From Proteromonas lacertae (Eukaryota), in contig NGBS01000001.1 of the NCBI GenBank assembly GCA_002245135.1, positions 496,001-560,000 of the forward strand: a stretch of DNA of 64,000 nucleotides, given 5' to 3'. Below the pieces are notes generated by a model, which had not been told where the DNA came from, did no database searches, and was given only the letters and a program-made list of their open reading frames with translations. Position numbers and translations under genes: made by a program. Of the stretch, positions 28,558 to 42,949 are shown piece after piece. Position 1 is the first letter of the stretch, and each line of letters starts with the position of its first letter.

Positions 28558-30677
28558 ATGGATGATATTTCCCTACCTAATGAATTCAAAAAAATTGTAT
28601 ATGAAAACAAATGGATTTTAAACAGTTCATATATGAGTCACACCAAACTGTCAGTTGAATCCGTAAATAAAAAGATCTGTAGGGAAATATTGGATTATTT
28701 TGACCAGATGAATGAATTTAATTCAATAAAGTGTATAGTTATCTGATTTATAATTCAATAATACAGTTATCGACAATGCTTGGACTAAACAGTTGTTAAA
28801 TAACCTAAATGAACACTATTATTCGTGTTTATATGAATTTTGCATGGAATTTGTAGAAGTTCTAAAGAAATGCATCAAAATTAAACAATCGGAAATGACT
28901 GCTTGTATAAATGCTAAAATATTATTATATTAGTGATGTATGACAAATTTATTAATGATTTTTTACCTCAATTCAAAGAAAAGATCAAAAATATTCAATC
29001 TTCAAATACTGCAAGTATAAATGTTGTTTTATATATATAGCTGAAAAGTGTTGTGTATATTGTGGAAATAGAGAAAGTGATAAGCATCCATTAACTGAAA
29101 ACAACGGAGATATTTTTCATACTGTATATATCTCATTATTGTAATTTATAATACCAATAGGAATGTCATAGATTCTGTACAAAGCCATCTAAATGTGCTA
29201 AAGATTTAATTCCGATAGAAGATGTTGATTTAAATAGGATAAAAAAAGACTTTAACACATTTCAGATAAATAAAGTTTTGAAGTATAATATAAATATAAA
29301 AGAAGAAGCAGTACTTCCACCTCCACAACCAGATCCCGAACCTGAATTAGTAGTAGTAAAACAACAATCTCCAACTAGACCAAAAACACGAAGAAAAGCT
29401 GAAAGTAGAGTTAATAATATTGATGCAGATTTATACAATTCAGAGAGTGATAATTCAGATGATTATATTGATTCACCAAAATTTATCAGAACTACAGCAG
29501 TTAAACGTAAATCTACTCGTAGATCATTCACATCAACAAGAGAGAGTATAAAGCAAAAGGATAAAATGTTGAGTAGTAATTTCAGTAAAGATTCTGCAGG
29601 TTATGAACCATTGTATAAACTAGAAGAATTGATTAAAACATCACCACCTACAGTGACAACTACAATATCCACACCAGCCAATACAGCAGATCAAGATGAT
29701 AGAGAATTTGAATTTCAAGAACATATAATTAATCAACCAGTATTTATTGTTATTGTTATTATCATTTATTACTGTAGAAACCATTGACATTTTTAACACC
29801 ATATCATATAGGTGCAAGAATCTTACACGAATATAAAACAGGTTTAACATTTCTCTCTTTACCACCCACTAAACCACCAGAAGAATATATTAATGTATTA
29901 GATGGAACTCCAAAAATGTATATAACTGAATCACTACAAGGATATTGTGTGAAAATCATAAAATTAATTACTCGTTATTGTTTTACTCAGAATAATATTA
30001 TCACTGGTGATGTTCAATCTAATCAAATGATATTAAGTGAATATGTGATGGGATTTCTTTACTCATTTGAAGCATTTATGAAGACATTAGTTTCACCATC
30101 AATTGATTTAAAAAGGACAAATTATTCAATTTTTTTCTATTTGGAGAATCTATTTGAGTATTTAAATCAATTTATTAGATTTACTATTCATCCTAAAGAT
30201 ATGTTTTATATCATTAGATTTATTGTTTTAACTGCATTGGTATAATAATATTATTATATTATATTTTGTTTAGAATATGACTCAGATTGAAGGTATAACA
30301 GTAAGGTATGATACAACTCTTCAAAAGACATATAATGAAGCAATAGCAAAGTGTAATCATAGTGCTTTATTTATTCAAGTTATGAATAGTGATGAATATC
30401 CTATATTATTCACCAATTTTGTGTTATCTGTAAATACATTAATAATTTTCACCCTTGATCAAATGAAGAAAGTATATATTTTTATTATATATCAATTATT
30501 GTAGAATAAAATAGCCAAATCATTTATAAGTAGTATTTTGAAGAAAATGATAACTACATTAGATTATTCTACTGAAGGTAATGAAGATGCAACAGCTGAA
30601 AGTATATATTTTTGTTATTTATAATTTTCATCAAAATAGTTTTACCTTTTATTCTCCATAATCAAGTAATGAATTAG
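28558..30677 (+). CDS. Hypothetical protein with a CxxC...HxxC zinc-binding-like segment; about 8 introns
   Basis: Exons join in frame through GTAT..AG introns; CVYCGNRESDKHP..FHTECHRFC; stop TAG 30675-30677. Confidence 0.65.
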
Positions 30678-30784
30678 ATGTTAATATACAGTTTATAATT
30701 TCCTAAAATTGTGTTTTTGATATGATTAATTTTAAACAAATTCATTTGTAACGGTTATTTTAATTTAAATAATTCTTTTGAAAT

Positions 30785-31843
30785 ATGGATTCCTCGAAGT
30801 ATAAATATAATTTGTTTTATATGAATAGAAAATATCAATTTACAGTGAAAGAGTTAGGGGTATCCAATGATGATTTATCAAAATATCACGTATTTCATGA
30901 TGAGTATGTAAATATGTATATTTAGATAGAAATATACGACTACCAGATGAAAATAATGTAGAAGAGATAATTGAAATTCCTAAAGATTTATTCTATCATA
31001 AGAAAAGAAAGATGAGTATTAACAAGATGAAAGTATACAATTATATTTACATTAAATAGAAAATATGTAATAGATTATCACAACCCAATTTGAAAATTGA
31101 TTCATCTGTGAATTCGAAAGAATTGAGTATATATATTAAAGATAATAAAAAATGCAATTGTACTAAAAAGAATGAATGTTATCCGTTAAAACCAAAACCT
31201 GTGGTGTGCTCGAAGAGAATTGTTATATGCAACTCAAGATGAAAGAGATAACTGTGTGTTCAAACCTAAAATTACTAAAGTATATCTATATATAATCTAT
31301 GTTAATAGTTTTTTGAAGATATACAACCAAAATTTATGGAAAATGTATGTTAATATCAAAATAATTATATTTAGAACGCTAAAGCAAAACAAACGGCTAT
31401 AGAAAGGGAGATATATAATAATTATACAGAAAAATTATGTTGTCCTCAGTGTGGTACTGCACAATCGTATAGTTAACATATTATGATATGTAGATATGAA
31501 CAGTATATAGCAGGAGAGAATAAATGTACAGAATGTCAAAAAAGATTCTGTAAGAAAAGAGTTGATCTTCACAGTTTCTATGAAAGAAATGATAATCATT
31601 TTAAACAGAAAGAAATTGATTTATTGAGAATAAAGAATGAAATGGTATTATATATAAATGGTTTAATGTATGATATAATAGGATTTTGATTATTTTTGTT
31701 ATGCCATTTGTCCTACTTGTAGAATTGGATTTCAGTATGAATATATATATTATGTTTATAGAGAAAATGAATATTTTGCATGGAATCGAACATGTCCAGG
31801 ATGTAAAAATGAATTAAAACCAACAAGAAATATGTATTCATGA
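30785..31843 (+). CDS. Hypothetical protein with RLSQP / CxFKPKI motifs and CxxC zinc knuckles; one +1 break
   Basis: Spliced KKICNRLSQPN..., DERDNCVFKPKI, CPQCG..CTEC, CPTC..CPGC. A +1 shift is needed between 31190 and 31242. The 3' end could extend to about 31873 if a 24-nt intron is spliced. Confidence 0.55.
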
Positions 31844-32006
31844 TGTCAACATATTAGACATATAATTCAATAAGCTTCAGTTAACATTTAGTAATATATT
31901 TATAACAAAAATGTTTTTCGTTTGATTATAAAACACAAAAATTCAAAATAAATCAAACCTAAAATCAAGCTTTTTCATTCTTTTTCAATTTTTCTTTTTA
32001 TTAATA

Positions 32007-33780
32007 ATGTTGTCAAGCAAATTAAAAAATATAGTCAGATTCAAAAATGTATTTAAAAGTAGTCGTGATATATACGTATAGTTCCCGACACAAGTACCCA
32101 ATTTTCATAAATCCCAATATAGTATTGCCTTTTAATATTTATATTTGCAGATTATTATAATCAGAAAAGATATATTTCAATTGTGGATAAGTTTGATGGT
32201 CTAATACACTATTCTCATCTCAAAAAGCAATATGAAGAGAATCCATCGAGTTTATCATTGCAAATATTATATTTTAAAGTATATTTTAACTTTATTGAGC
32301 TTATATAGTGTTTGAATAATATAAATCGTTCTCAAACAGTATTAGACTTAATACAAAGGAATAATGTCAAACTGAATGATATACAAATATATAGAGAATA
32401 CCTTCGAGCATTGACCAATACTAAGGAAATATATAGAGTTTCTTTACCGTTTAATAAAATGATTGATTCATTGAATATAAAAGATGATACAAATCAAAAA
32501 TCCCAACTCCCAACTGAAGCAACGACTATGGGAAGTAAAAATGATCCTTTATATGTAAATGTTGAACATAGACCAAGTTGGGTTTCATATAGTCATATAT
32601 TTGTGTGGATGTATATATATTTTTATTTTATTTTTATTATATATTGTAGTTGTTGCTGTTACTTATATGTTTTTCTATGATAAAATAGTGATTTCAACTG
32701 AAATGAATAATAAGCCTGAAGTATCAAATACCAAATTTTCAGATATTGAAGGTATAGATGATATAAAACAAGAATTAGTTTTTCTAGTACAATATTTAAA
32801 AGTATATATTTATTATTATTATTATTATTTAATTCATATTAGCATCCACATAATGTTTTAGCAAGTGGTGCAAAAATCCCACACGGTGTATTATTAACAG
32901 GTGAACCAGGTTGTGGCAAGACATTATTAGCCAAAGCATTAGCTGGTGAAGCAAAAGTTCCATTCTATTATGCATCTGGAGCTGAGTTTGATGATATGTA
33001 TGTTGGTGTTGGTGCTAAGAGAATAAGGAATTTATTTGAAGCAGCAAGATCACATGTATTATAATTATCTGTTTATTGTTTATTAAATAGGCACCTTCAA
33101 TTATATTTATTGATGAATTAGATGCAGTTGGTGGTAAAAGAGATATGTCATCTGCTCAACCATATGATAGAATTACAATCAATCAATTATTAACAGAAAT
33201 GAGTGGTTTTAAAGATTCAGAAGGTGTTGTAGTTATAGCTGCTACTAATCTTCCTGAAGTATTAGATCCAGCATTAATTAGACCAGGTAGATTTGATTTA
33301 CATATTGAAGTTCCATTACCAGATTATCAAGGTAGAATTAATATATTAAAAAGACATTGTTTCTTCAGTAGAAAAGGAGGAGAAAAACATTTTTCTAAAG
33401 ATCTTGATTTATCAAGAATTGCTTCCTATACACCAGGTGCAACAGGTGCAGATTTAGAGAATATTGTCAATCAAGCAGCATTAAATGCATTACTAGAAGA
33501 TTCACCAGTTATTACTCAAAAACATTTAGAAAATTCATTAGATAAAATATTATATGGTAAAGAAAGAAAATCAAGTATAATCCCACCATCTGTAAAAGAG
33601 AATACAGCATATCATGAAGCAGGACATGCAACATTGTCTGTATTATATAAGAAGGAAGATAGTTCAAGAACAATCAGAAGTGCTTCAATTATTCCAAGAG
33701 GACAAGCCTTAGGTATGATTACTGAATTGCCATCAGAAGAAGAGACTTATCAAAAAACAAAAGCACAAATATTACATGAG

Positions 33781-33812
<32 letters not shown>

Positions 33813-34207
33813 ATGTAAATAGCATTGTGGTTTGTATGGGTGGAAGAGTTGGTGAAGAAATGATGTTTGGTAAAGAGAATATCACTGCTGGAGCTCAAAA
33901 TGACTTTATGCAAGCGTCAAGAATGGCAAGAAATATTGTAATGTTATCAGGATTAGGTGATAATACTGGTCTAGAAGTTTATAATGAAAATAATTTCAAA
34001 ATGTTGTCTGATAATAAGAAAAGAGAAATTGATATGGAAGTGAAAAGAATATTAGATAATGCTTATAGAGAAGCTTATAATTGTATTGAGAATAATAAAG
34101 AATCATGGATGACATTAGCAGAATATTTATTGAAATATGAAAAACTAACAGGAGAAGAAGTAGAAACAATTTTTTCGACAGGATCTTTACCAATGAGAAA
34201 AGAATAG
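32007..34207 (+). CDS. YME1: Mitochondrial i-AAA FtsH-family protease (YME1-like)
   Basis: [11 protein letters not shown] segment, Walker A GEPGCGKT, Walker [29 protein letters not shown] zinc motif, MGGRVGEE. Confidence 0.9.
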
Positions 34208-34276
34208 AAAATATTAAATAAGTTATAATAATATCATTAAATTATTATTTATAAGAATTTTTCTGTATAATTTTCT

Positions 34277-35014
34277 TTATTCAGGAGAATCAGTTCTGGA
34301 TGATTGATGTGAATGATGGGATTTTTCTAAATTACATAATATATAAGATATTATACTTTTCTTTTCCCAACAACCTAACTGTTTTAACAGCAATTCTCCA
34401 ATGCATAATTCTTCGTTACCATTGAACTGACTTGTCCAAAACTTATAATCACTTAATGTGATTTTGTTTTCAATTTGCAACTAAAATATATGTTGTTCAA
34501 AGAGTATACAGATACAAAATGTAATTCTACAAACTGTGTTATATGTTTTTCTTTTGGTTCTGTTTTTCTTCCTGTCATTTTGCATAATACATTTGCACCA
34601 ACTAATATTAGTATAGCTAATTCATCTTTTGTTATAGAACCTCCAATTGACATTCCTTTATTGAAATTGTATAAATCAAAGATTAAATCAACTTTCTGGT
34701 CAAAAGTAGCTTTGCTATATAAAATAATGGCTGTGATTAAACCAGTGGCACATATTCTAAACAATTATACACTTTGAATATCATACAATTTATTATCAAA
34801 GGCAATACATAATGATTCAGCTTCATCTAATCTTATATTTAAAAAAGTGGCTAAAGTCTGTTTGTCAAATCCAAAATCAAGTTCATTTTGATTATACTCA
34901 CTAACTAGAGAAGTAACTTTTGCATATGAAACTATTGATGTATTATTTTATTACTATACATTTTAAAATCTGTTTGAAAGGATCAACAACTTCTTTGTAA
35001 TTAACATTACCCAT
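34277..35014 (-). CDS. Myristoylated EF-hand protein (calcineurin B/NCS-like)
   Basis: MGNV start; KVDLIFDLYNFNK..GSITKDEL; 4 GTAT introns. Confidence 0.65.
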
Positions 35015-35238
35015 TATTTGTGGATATTAGGTTTTAAAACAATAAATACAAAAATACAAAAATACAGCTGTATATTTCAGTTAATTAATAAAAGTAGTAT
35101 ATTATAGCCTAAGGCATAAGTAGTATACAAAACCTAATTATATCATGTCAAGCCTAAATGCTTGATTTATTCATTTTTAATTTAACCAATCATTTATTCG
35201 AATTATTACTTTTACTTTCATTTTTTAATCCTCTAACC

Positions 35239-36740
35239 ATGGCTGATGAAGAGACTTTAATTGACTACAGTGATGAAGAAAATGAAGCAGTGGAGAACGA
35301 TAAGACCAAAGAAAGCAAAAAGTATGATATAAGTCAAAGGTTTAAACCTGAGACCATTTAAATTGGATTTTTATAATATATCAGAGGTCATTATGTTGGT
35401 GTGCATTCTACTGGTTTCAGAGATTTTCTTTTAAAGCCTGAATTACTACATGCTATTTCTGATTGTGGTTTTGAGCATCCTTCAGAAGTTCAACATGAAT
35501 GTATCCCATCAGCATTGCTTGGAGGTGATGTCTTGTGTCAAGCGAAATCTGGTATGGGTAAAACAGCTGTGTTTGTATTAACAACACTTCATGCATTAAA
35601 ACCTCAAGAAGGCGCCGTATAAATCAGATGAAATTAAAGTTCCCCATAGATTAGCATTTTGGTTATTGCCCACACAAGAGAATTGGCTTTCCAAATCAGC
35701 AAAGAATACGAGAGATTTTCCAAATATTTAGAAGGTATAAAAACAAAAGTTGTTTATGGTGGTATTTCAATTTCTCAAGACAAAGAGTATTTCAAAAAGG
35801 AAATACCCAACATTTTGGTATATATTTTTACCATTTTATTGTTTGTAATAGGTTGGTACACCAGGCAGACTGAAGGCTCTTATTCGTGACAAGATTATCT
35901 CTGTTGATAACATCAAATTCTTTGTTGTTGATGAATGTGATAAAGTTTTAGAAGCTTTAGATATGAGAGCAGATGTACAAGCCATCTTCAAACAAACTCC
36001 TCATACAAAACAAGTAATGATGTTCTCAGCTACATTAAACAAAGAGATTCGTGAAGTTTGCAAGAAGTTCATGCAAGAAGTATTATCATATTAATTTATT
36101 ATATTATTATAGCCATCTGAAGTATATGTTGATGATGAGACAAAATTAACACTTCATGGTTTATTACAATACTATGTGAAATTAACAGAAGCAGAAAAGA
36201 TCACAAAATTAACAAAGTTATTAGATGCTTTAGAATTCAATCAAGTATAAATCAATGTTTTATTATATTTAATAATTATCATTTAGGTTGTTATATTCGT
36301 TCGTTCAGTAGAAAGAGCAAAATATTTAAATAAAATATTAGAAGAAGGCAAGTTCCCTTCAATCTGCATTCATTCAGGCATGAAGATGGAAGATAGATTA
36401 CAACATTACAAAGAATTCAAAGATTTCAAAATGCGTATTTTAGTTGCAACTGATGTATTTGCTCGTGGTATGGATGTTGAGAAGGTTAATATTGTATTTA
36501 ACTTTGATTTCCCAGAGAGCAGTGACACTTATTTACATAGAGTATGTTAATTTATTATGATTTATTAAATGTTAGGTTGGAAGAGCTGGTCGTTTTGGAA
36601 CTAAAGGTTTAGCTATTAGTTTCGTTTGTACAGAAGATGATACAAAGATTTATGAAGAAGTACAAAGCAGATTTGCTGTTAAGATTGATGAAATCCCAGA
36701 AACCATTGATGTTTCTAAGTACATGAATGTAGAAGCCTAA
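35239..36740 (+). CDS. UAP56: DECD-box RNA helicase UAP56/SUB2
   Basis: [56 protein letters not shown]; 6 introns; no frame breaks. Confidence 0.95.
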
Positions 36741-36849
36741 AGTGAATAATAACTTCTATTAATAATTGTTTTTTAATGGTTTAAATTGAAAGAAATAATT
36801 TTTAAAAAAATGGTCGTTTATTGAAATGATTGTGTGTCATTCCAAAATA

Positions 36850-38741
36850 ATGCAATATCTGACTTTATTCTGTATGATTCCAAATCAAATCTATTCTCTC
36901 TAGTTATTTGCTTATTTGGCTTAGCCTTAGCTTCTCAACCAGCTCCACAGAAGTGTTACAAGAGAAACGACAAGATCAAACCACTGATCAGAAGTGCTTT
37001 ACCCAGTAGTTACATCAAGAAAGATGAAATTCCTAAGAGTTATGATTTACGAAATGTGGGTGGTAAGAATTTGATAACCACTTCAAAGAATCAACATGTT
37101 CCAGGATACTGTGGTGCTTGTTGGGCATTTGCTGCTACTTCTTCATTGAGTGACCGTTTGAAAATCGCAACAGGAGGTGCTTGGCCAGATAAAGACTTAT
37201 CAGTTCAAGTAGTGTTAAACTGTGATGAAGATGATAATGGTTGTCATGGTGGTGATCCATTTGTTGCATTTTTCTTTATTAATGACGTTGGTGGTATTCC
37301 TGAAGAAACCTGTCAATTATATGAAGCAACAGGTCATGATACTGGCAAGTTATGTTTAGATATGGATATTTGTAAAGACTGTAATCACGATGGTGAATGT
37401 TTTCCAGTTCAAGATTATGATAAATATACTGTATCTGAATATGGTCGATTAAAAGGAGAAGAAAACATAATGGCTGAAATCTATGCTCGAGGTCCTGTAA
37501 CTTGTAGTGTAGCTTGTCCAAATGATTTCTATTACAATTACACAGGTGGAATCTACCATGATTATTCTGGAAGTAAAGCTCGAGATCATTCAATCAGTGT
37601 AGTTGGTTGGGGTGAAGAAAATGGTGTAAAATACTGGATAGGTCGAAACAGTTGGGGTAAGCACTGGGGTGAAGATGGCTTCTTCCGAATTGTGAGAGGA
37701 ATTGATAATTTGGGAATTGAAACTGATTGTGCTTGGGGTGTTCCAGTTGTTCCTTATGAAATGATGACTGAAGAATATAAACAAAAGAACTTTCGAAATG
37801 GAAATCTACCAGTTGTATATCCTAAAGAATTGAATGAATATGCAAATGAATTTCCTCCTGGATTAGGAAAGAACAAAGTAAGTTATCATCCAAAAGTTGA
37901 ATTCCAGACTTGTGTTATTCCTACTAATGAAAAATCATCTTTGATAAAATCTCCATTACCTCACACTTACATTAAGAAATCTGAATTACCCGAAACATTA
38001 GATTATCGAAATTACAATGGAAAGAACTTAGTAACATGGGATAAGAATCAACATATTCCTCAATACTGTGGAAGTTGTTGGGCTCAAGCAGTAACTTCGA
38101 TGTTAAGTGACAGATTATCAGTGATGAGAAATGGATCTTGGCCAAATATGGATGTATCTCCTCAAGTGTTATTAAACTGTGGAGATGCAGGAAGTTGTAA
38201 AGGTGGACATCCTCTTTCTGCTTTGAGATGGATTGCTAATAACAATATCTCTGATATAACCTGTGAACCATATGTTGCTAAAGAACAAGCTTGCAGACCA
38301 TTAGGTACTTGTTACGATTGTTTAGCAACTAACACTTCCCATACTCCTGGTGAATGTCATGAAGTTAAGAATTATATGAGATATGGTGTTACTGAGTATG
38401 GTCCAATTAAAGCTTCTTCAACACAAGATATTGTTAATAACATGAAAGCTGAGATCTTTGCTAGAGGACCAATCTCTTGTGGTATTGCAGTAAATGATCA
38501 TTTTAGAGAATATCATGGAGGTATCTTCAGTGATAGTGATGTTACAACTTGGATTAACCATGAAATTGAGATTGTTGGATGGGGAAAAGATGGAAATGAA
38601 GAATATTGGATTGGTAGAAACAGTTGGGGAACTTACTGGGGTATGCATGGTTGGTTCTACATCAGTATGTATGACAATAATTTACGGATTAATAAAGAAT
38701 GTCAATGGGGCATTCCAACCTATTACCCAATGGATCATTAA
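36850..38741 (+). CDS. Double-domain cathepsin Z-like papain protease, copy 1
   Basis: True start MQYLTLF|FICLFGLALA after intron 36872-36903. Two C1A domains, each with the NQHxPxYCGxCW mini-loop, catalytic His and RNSWG. Confidence 0.9.
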
Positions 38742-38954
38742 ATTAATATTCTATCTAATATGGATTACTAAATCCTTAAAGGCATTATTAGTTTATTATC
38801 ATGGGTTATTATAGTTATTATCGTTATGTATATCAAGAAGCATAACCTAAAAATCAACATCAAAAAATAGTTGTTTTGTAATGGTTTAAATTGAAAGAAA
38901 TAATTTTTAAAAAAATGGTCGTTTATTGAAATGATTGTGTGTCATTCCAAAATA

Positions 38955-40843
38955 ATGCAATATCTGACTTTATTCTGTATGATTCCAAATCAAATCTATT
39001 CTCTCTAGTTATTTGCTTATTTGGCTTAGCCTTAGCTTCTCAACCAGCTCCACAGAAGTGTTACAAGAGAAACGACAAGATCAAACCACTGATCAGAAGT
39101 GCTTTACCCAGTAGTTACATCAAGAAAGATGAAATTCCTAAGAGTTATGATTTACGAAATGTGGGTGGTAAGAATTTGATAACCACTTCAAAGAATCAAC
39201 ATGTTCCAGGATACTGTGGTGCTTGTTGGGCATTTGCTGCTACTTCTTCATTGAGTGACCGTTTGAAAATCGCAACAGGAGGTGCTTGGCCAGATAAAGA
39301 CTTATCAGTTCAAGTAGTGTTAAACTGTGATGAAGATGATAATGGTTGTCATGGTGGTGATCCATTTGTTGCATTTTTCTTTATTAATGACGTTGGTGGT
39401 ATTCCTGAAGAAACCTGTCAATTATATGAAGCAACAGGTCATGATACTGGCAAGTTATGTTTAGATATGGATATTTGTAAAGACTGTAATCACGATGGTG
39501 AATGTTTTCCAGTTCAAGATTATGATAAATATACTGTATCTGAATATGGTCGATTAAAAGGAGAAGAAAACATAATGGCTGAAATCTATGCTCGAGGTCC
39601 TGTAACTTGTAGTGTAGCTTGTCCAAATGATTTCTATTACAATTACACAGGTGGAATCTACCATGATTATTCTGGAAGTAAAGCTCGAGATCATTCAATC
39701 AGTGTAGTTGGTTGGGGTGAAGAAAATGGTGTAAAATACTGGATAGGTCGAAACAGTTGGGGTAAGCACTGGGGTGAAGATGGCTTCTTCCGAATTGTGA
39801 GAGGAATTGATAATTTGGGAATTGAAACTGATTGTGCTTGGGGTGTTCCAGTTGTTCCTTATGAAATGATGACTGAAGAATATAAACAAAAGAACTTTCG
39901 AAATGGAAATCTACCAGTTGTATATCCTAAAGAATTGAATGAATATGCAAATGAATTTCCTCCTGGATTAGGAAAGAACAAAGTAAGTTATCATCCTAAA
40001 ATTGAATTTGAAAAATGTTATATAAAAACAGAAGTAAAAGAACAATTAATTAAATCTCCATTACCTCATACTTACATTAAGAAATCTGAATTACCCGAAA
40101 CATTAGATTATCGAAATTACAATGGAAAGAACTTAGTAACATGGGATAAGAATCAACATATTCCTCAATACTGTGGAAGTTGTTGGGCTCAAGCAGTAAC
40201 TTCGATGTTAAGTGACAGATTATCAGTGATGAGAAATGGATCTTGGCCAAATATGGATGTATCTCCTCAAGTGTTATTAAACTGTGGAGATGCAGGAAGT
40301 TGTAAAGGTGGCAATCCAATCACTGCATTAATGTGGATTGCAAAGAATAACATTAGTGATATAACCTGTGAACCATATGTTGCTAAAGAACAACCATGTT
40401 TACCATTAGGACAATGTTATGACTGTTTACCTACTAATGATTCATTTACTCCTGGTGAATGTCATGCAGTTAAGAATTATATGAGATATGGTTTATCTGA
40501 GTTTGGTTTAATTGAAGGTTATGGAGAAGAAGCTGTTAATAACATGAAAGCTGAGATCTTTGCTAGAGGACCAATCTCTTGTGGTATTGCAGTAAATGAT
40601 CATTTTAGAGAATATCATGGAGGTATTTTCAGTGATAGTGATGATAAAACAGAAATGAATCACGTAATTGAAGTTGTTGGATGGGGAAAAGACGGAAATG
40701 AAGAATATTGGATTGGTAGAAACAGTTGGGGAACTTACTGGGGTATGCATGGTTGGTTCTACATCAGTATGTATGACAATAATTTACGGATTAATAAAGA
40801 ATGTCAATGGGGCATTCCAACCTATTACCCAATGGATCATTAA
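38955..40843 (+). CDS. Double-domain cathepsin Z-like protease, copy 2
   Basis: Domain 1 matches copy 1; domain 2 is diverged in patches. Confidence 0.9.
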
Positions 40844-41056
40844 ATTAATATTCTATCTAATATGGATTACTAAATCCTTAAAGGCATTATTAGTTTATTA
40901 TCATGGGTTATTATAGTTATTATCGTTATGTATATCAAGAAGCATAACCTAAAAATCAACATCAAAAAATAGTTGTTTTGTAATGGTTTAAATTGAAAGA
41001 AATAATTTTTAAAAAAATGGTCGTTTATTGAAATGATTGTGTGTCATTCCAAAATA

Positions 41057-42949
41057 ATGCAATATCTGACTTTATTCTGTATGATTCCAAATCAAATCTA
41101 TTCTCTCTAGTTATTTGCTTATTTGGCTTAGCCTTAGCTTCTCAACCAGCTCCACAGAAGTGTTACAAGAGAAACGACAAGATCAAACCACTGATCAGAA
41201 GTGCTTTACCCAGTAGTTACATCAAGAAAGATGAAATTCCTAAGAGTTATGATTTACGAAATGTGGGTGGTAAGAATTTGATAACCACTTCAAAGAATCA
41301 ACATGTTCCAGGATACTGTGGTGCTTGTTGGGCATTTGCTGCTACTTCTTCATTGAGTGACCGTTTGAAAATCGCAACAGGAGGTGCTTGGCCAGATAAA
41401 GACTTATCAGTTCAAGTAGTGTTAAACTGTGATGAAGATGATAATGGTTGTCATGGTGGTGATCCATTTGTTGCATTTTTCTTTATTAATGACGTTGGTG
41501 GTATTCCTGAAGAAACCTGTCAATTATATGAAGCAACAGGTCATGATACTGGCAAGTTATGTTTAGATATGGATATTTGTAAAGACTGTAATCACGATGG
41601 TGAATGTTTTCCAGTTCAAGATTATGATAAATATACTGTATCTGAATATGGTCGATTAAAAGGAGAAGAAAACATAATGGCTGAAATCTATGCTCGAGGT
41701 CCTGTAACTTGTAGTGTAGCTTGTCCAAATGATTTCTATTACAATTACACAGGTGGAATCTACCATGATTATTCTGGAAGTAAAGCTCGAGATCATTCAA
41801 TCAGTGTAGTTGGTTGGGGTGAAGAAAATGGTGTAAAATACTGGATAGGTCGAAACAGTTGGGGTAAGCACTGGGGTGAAGATGGCTTCTTCCGAATTGT
41901 GAGAGGAATTGATAATTTGGGAATTGAAACTGATTGTGCTTGGGGTGTTCCAGTTGTTCCTTATGAAATGATGACTGAAGAATATAAACAAAAGAACTTT
42001 CCGAAATGGAAATCTACCAGTTGTATATCCTAAAGAATTGAATGAATATGCAAATGAATTTCCTCCTGGATTAGGAAAGAACAAAGTAAGTTATCATCCA
42101 AAAGTTGAATTCCAGACTTGTGTTATTCCTACTAATGAAAAATCATCTTTGATAAAATCTCCATTACCTCACACTTACATTAAGAAATCTGAATTACCCG
42201 AAACATTAGATTATCGAAATTACAATGGAAAGAACTTAGTAACATGGGATAAGAATCAACATATTCCTCAATACTGTGGAAGTTGTTGGGCTCAAGCAGT
42301 AACTTCGATGTTAAGTGACAGATTATCAGTGATGAGAAATGGATCTTGGCCAAATATGGATGTATCTCCTCAAGTGTTATTAAACTGTGGAGATGCAGGA
42401 AGTTGTAAAGGTGGACATCCTCTTTCTGCTTTGAGATGGATTGCTAATAACAATATCTCTGATATAACCTGTGAACCATATGTTGCTAAAGAACAAGCTT
42501 GCAGACCATTAGGTACTTGTTACGATTGTTTAGCAACTAACACTTCCCATACTCCTGGTGAATGTCATGAAGTTAAGAATTATATGAGATATGGTGTTAC
42601 TGAGTATGGTCCAATTAAAGCTTCTTCAACACAAGATATTGTTAATAACATGAAAGCTGAGATCTTTGCTAGAGGACCAATCTCTTGTGGTATTGCAGTA
42701 AATGATCATTTTAGAGAATATCATGGAGGTATCTTCAGTGATAGTGATGTTACAACTTGGATTAACCATGAAATTGAGATTGTTGGATGGGGAAAAGATG
42801 GAAATGAAGAATATTGGATTGGTAGAAACAGTTGGGGAACTTACTGGGGTATGCATGGTTGGTTCTACATCAGTATGTATGACAACAACTTATCAGTAAC
42901 TGAAGATTGCTATTGGGGTGTTCCAACTTACTATCCAATGGAACATTAA
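41057..42949 (+). CDS. Double-domain cathepsin Z-like protease, copy 3, with an extra C at about 42001 in the interdomain linker
   Basis: AACTTTCCGAAATGG versus AACTTTCGAAATGG in copies 1 and 2; ORFs 41041-42033 and 42038-42949. Confidence 0.8.

Larger units (their letters stand above)
36774..42949 (+). repeat. Tandem gene triplication, unit about 2.1 kb
   Basis: Offsets of 2105 and 2102 bp; upstream region, intron and spacer are near-identical. Confidence 0.95.

Noticed and set aside
33781..33803. (TA)n tract
   Set aside because: Ordinary intronic microsatellite.
35322..35384. snoRNA in the 63-nt first UAP56 intron (ATGATA..CTGA)
   Set aside because: Imperfect C box and too short.
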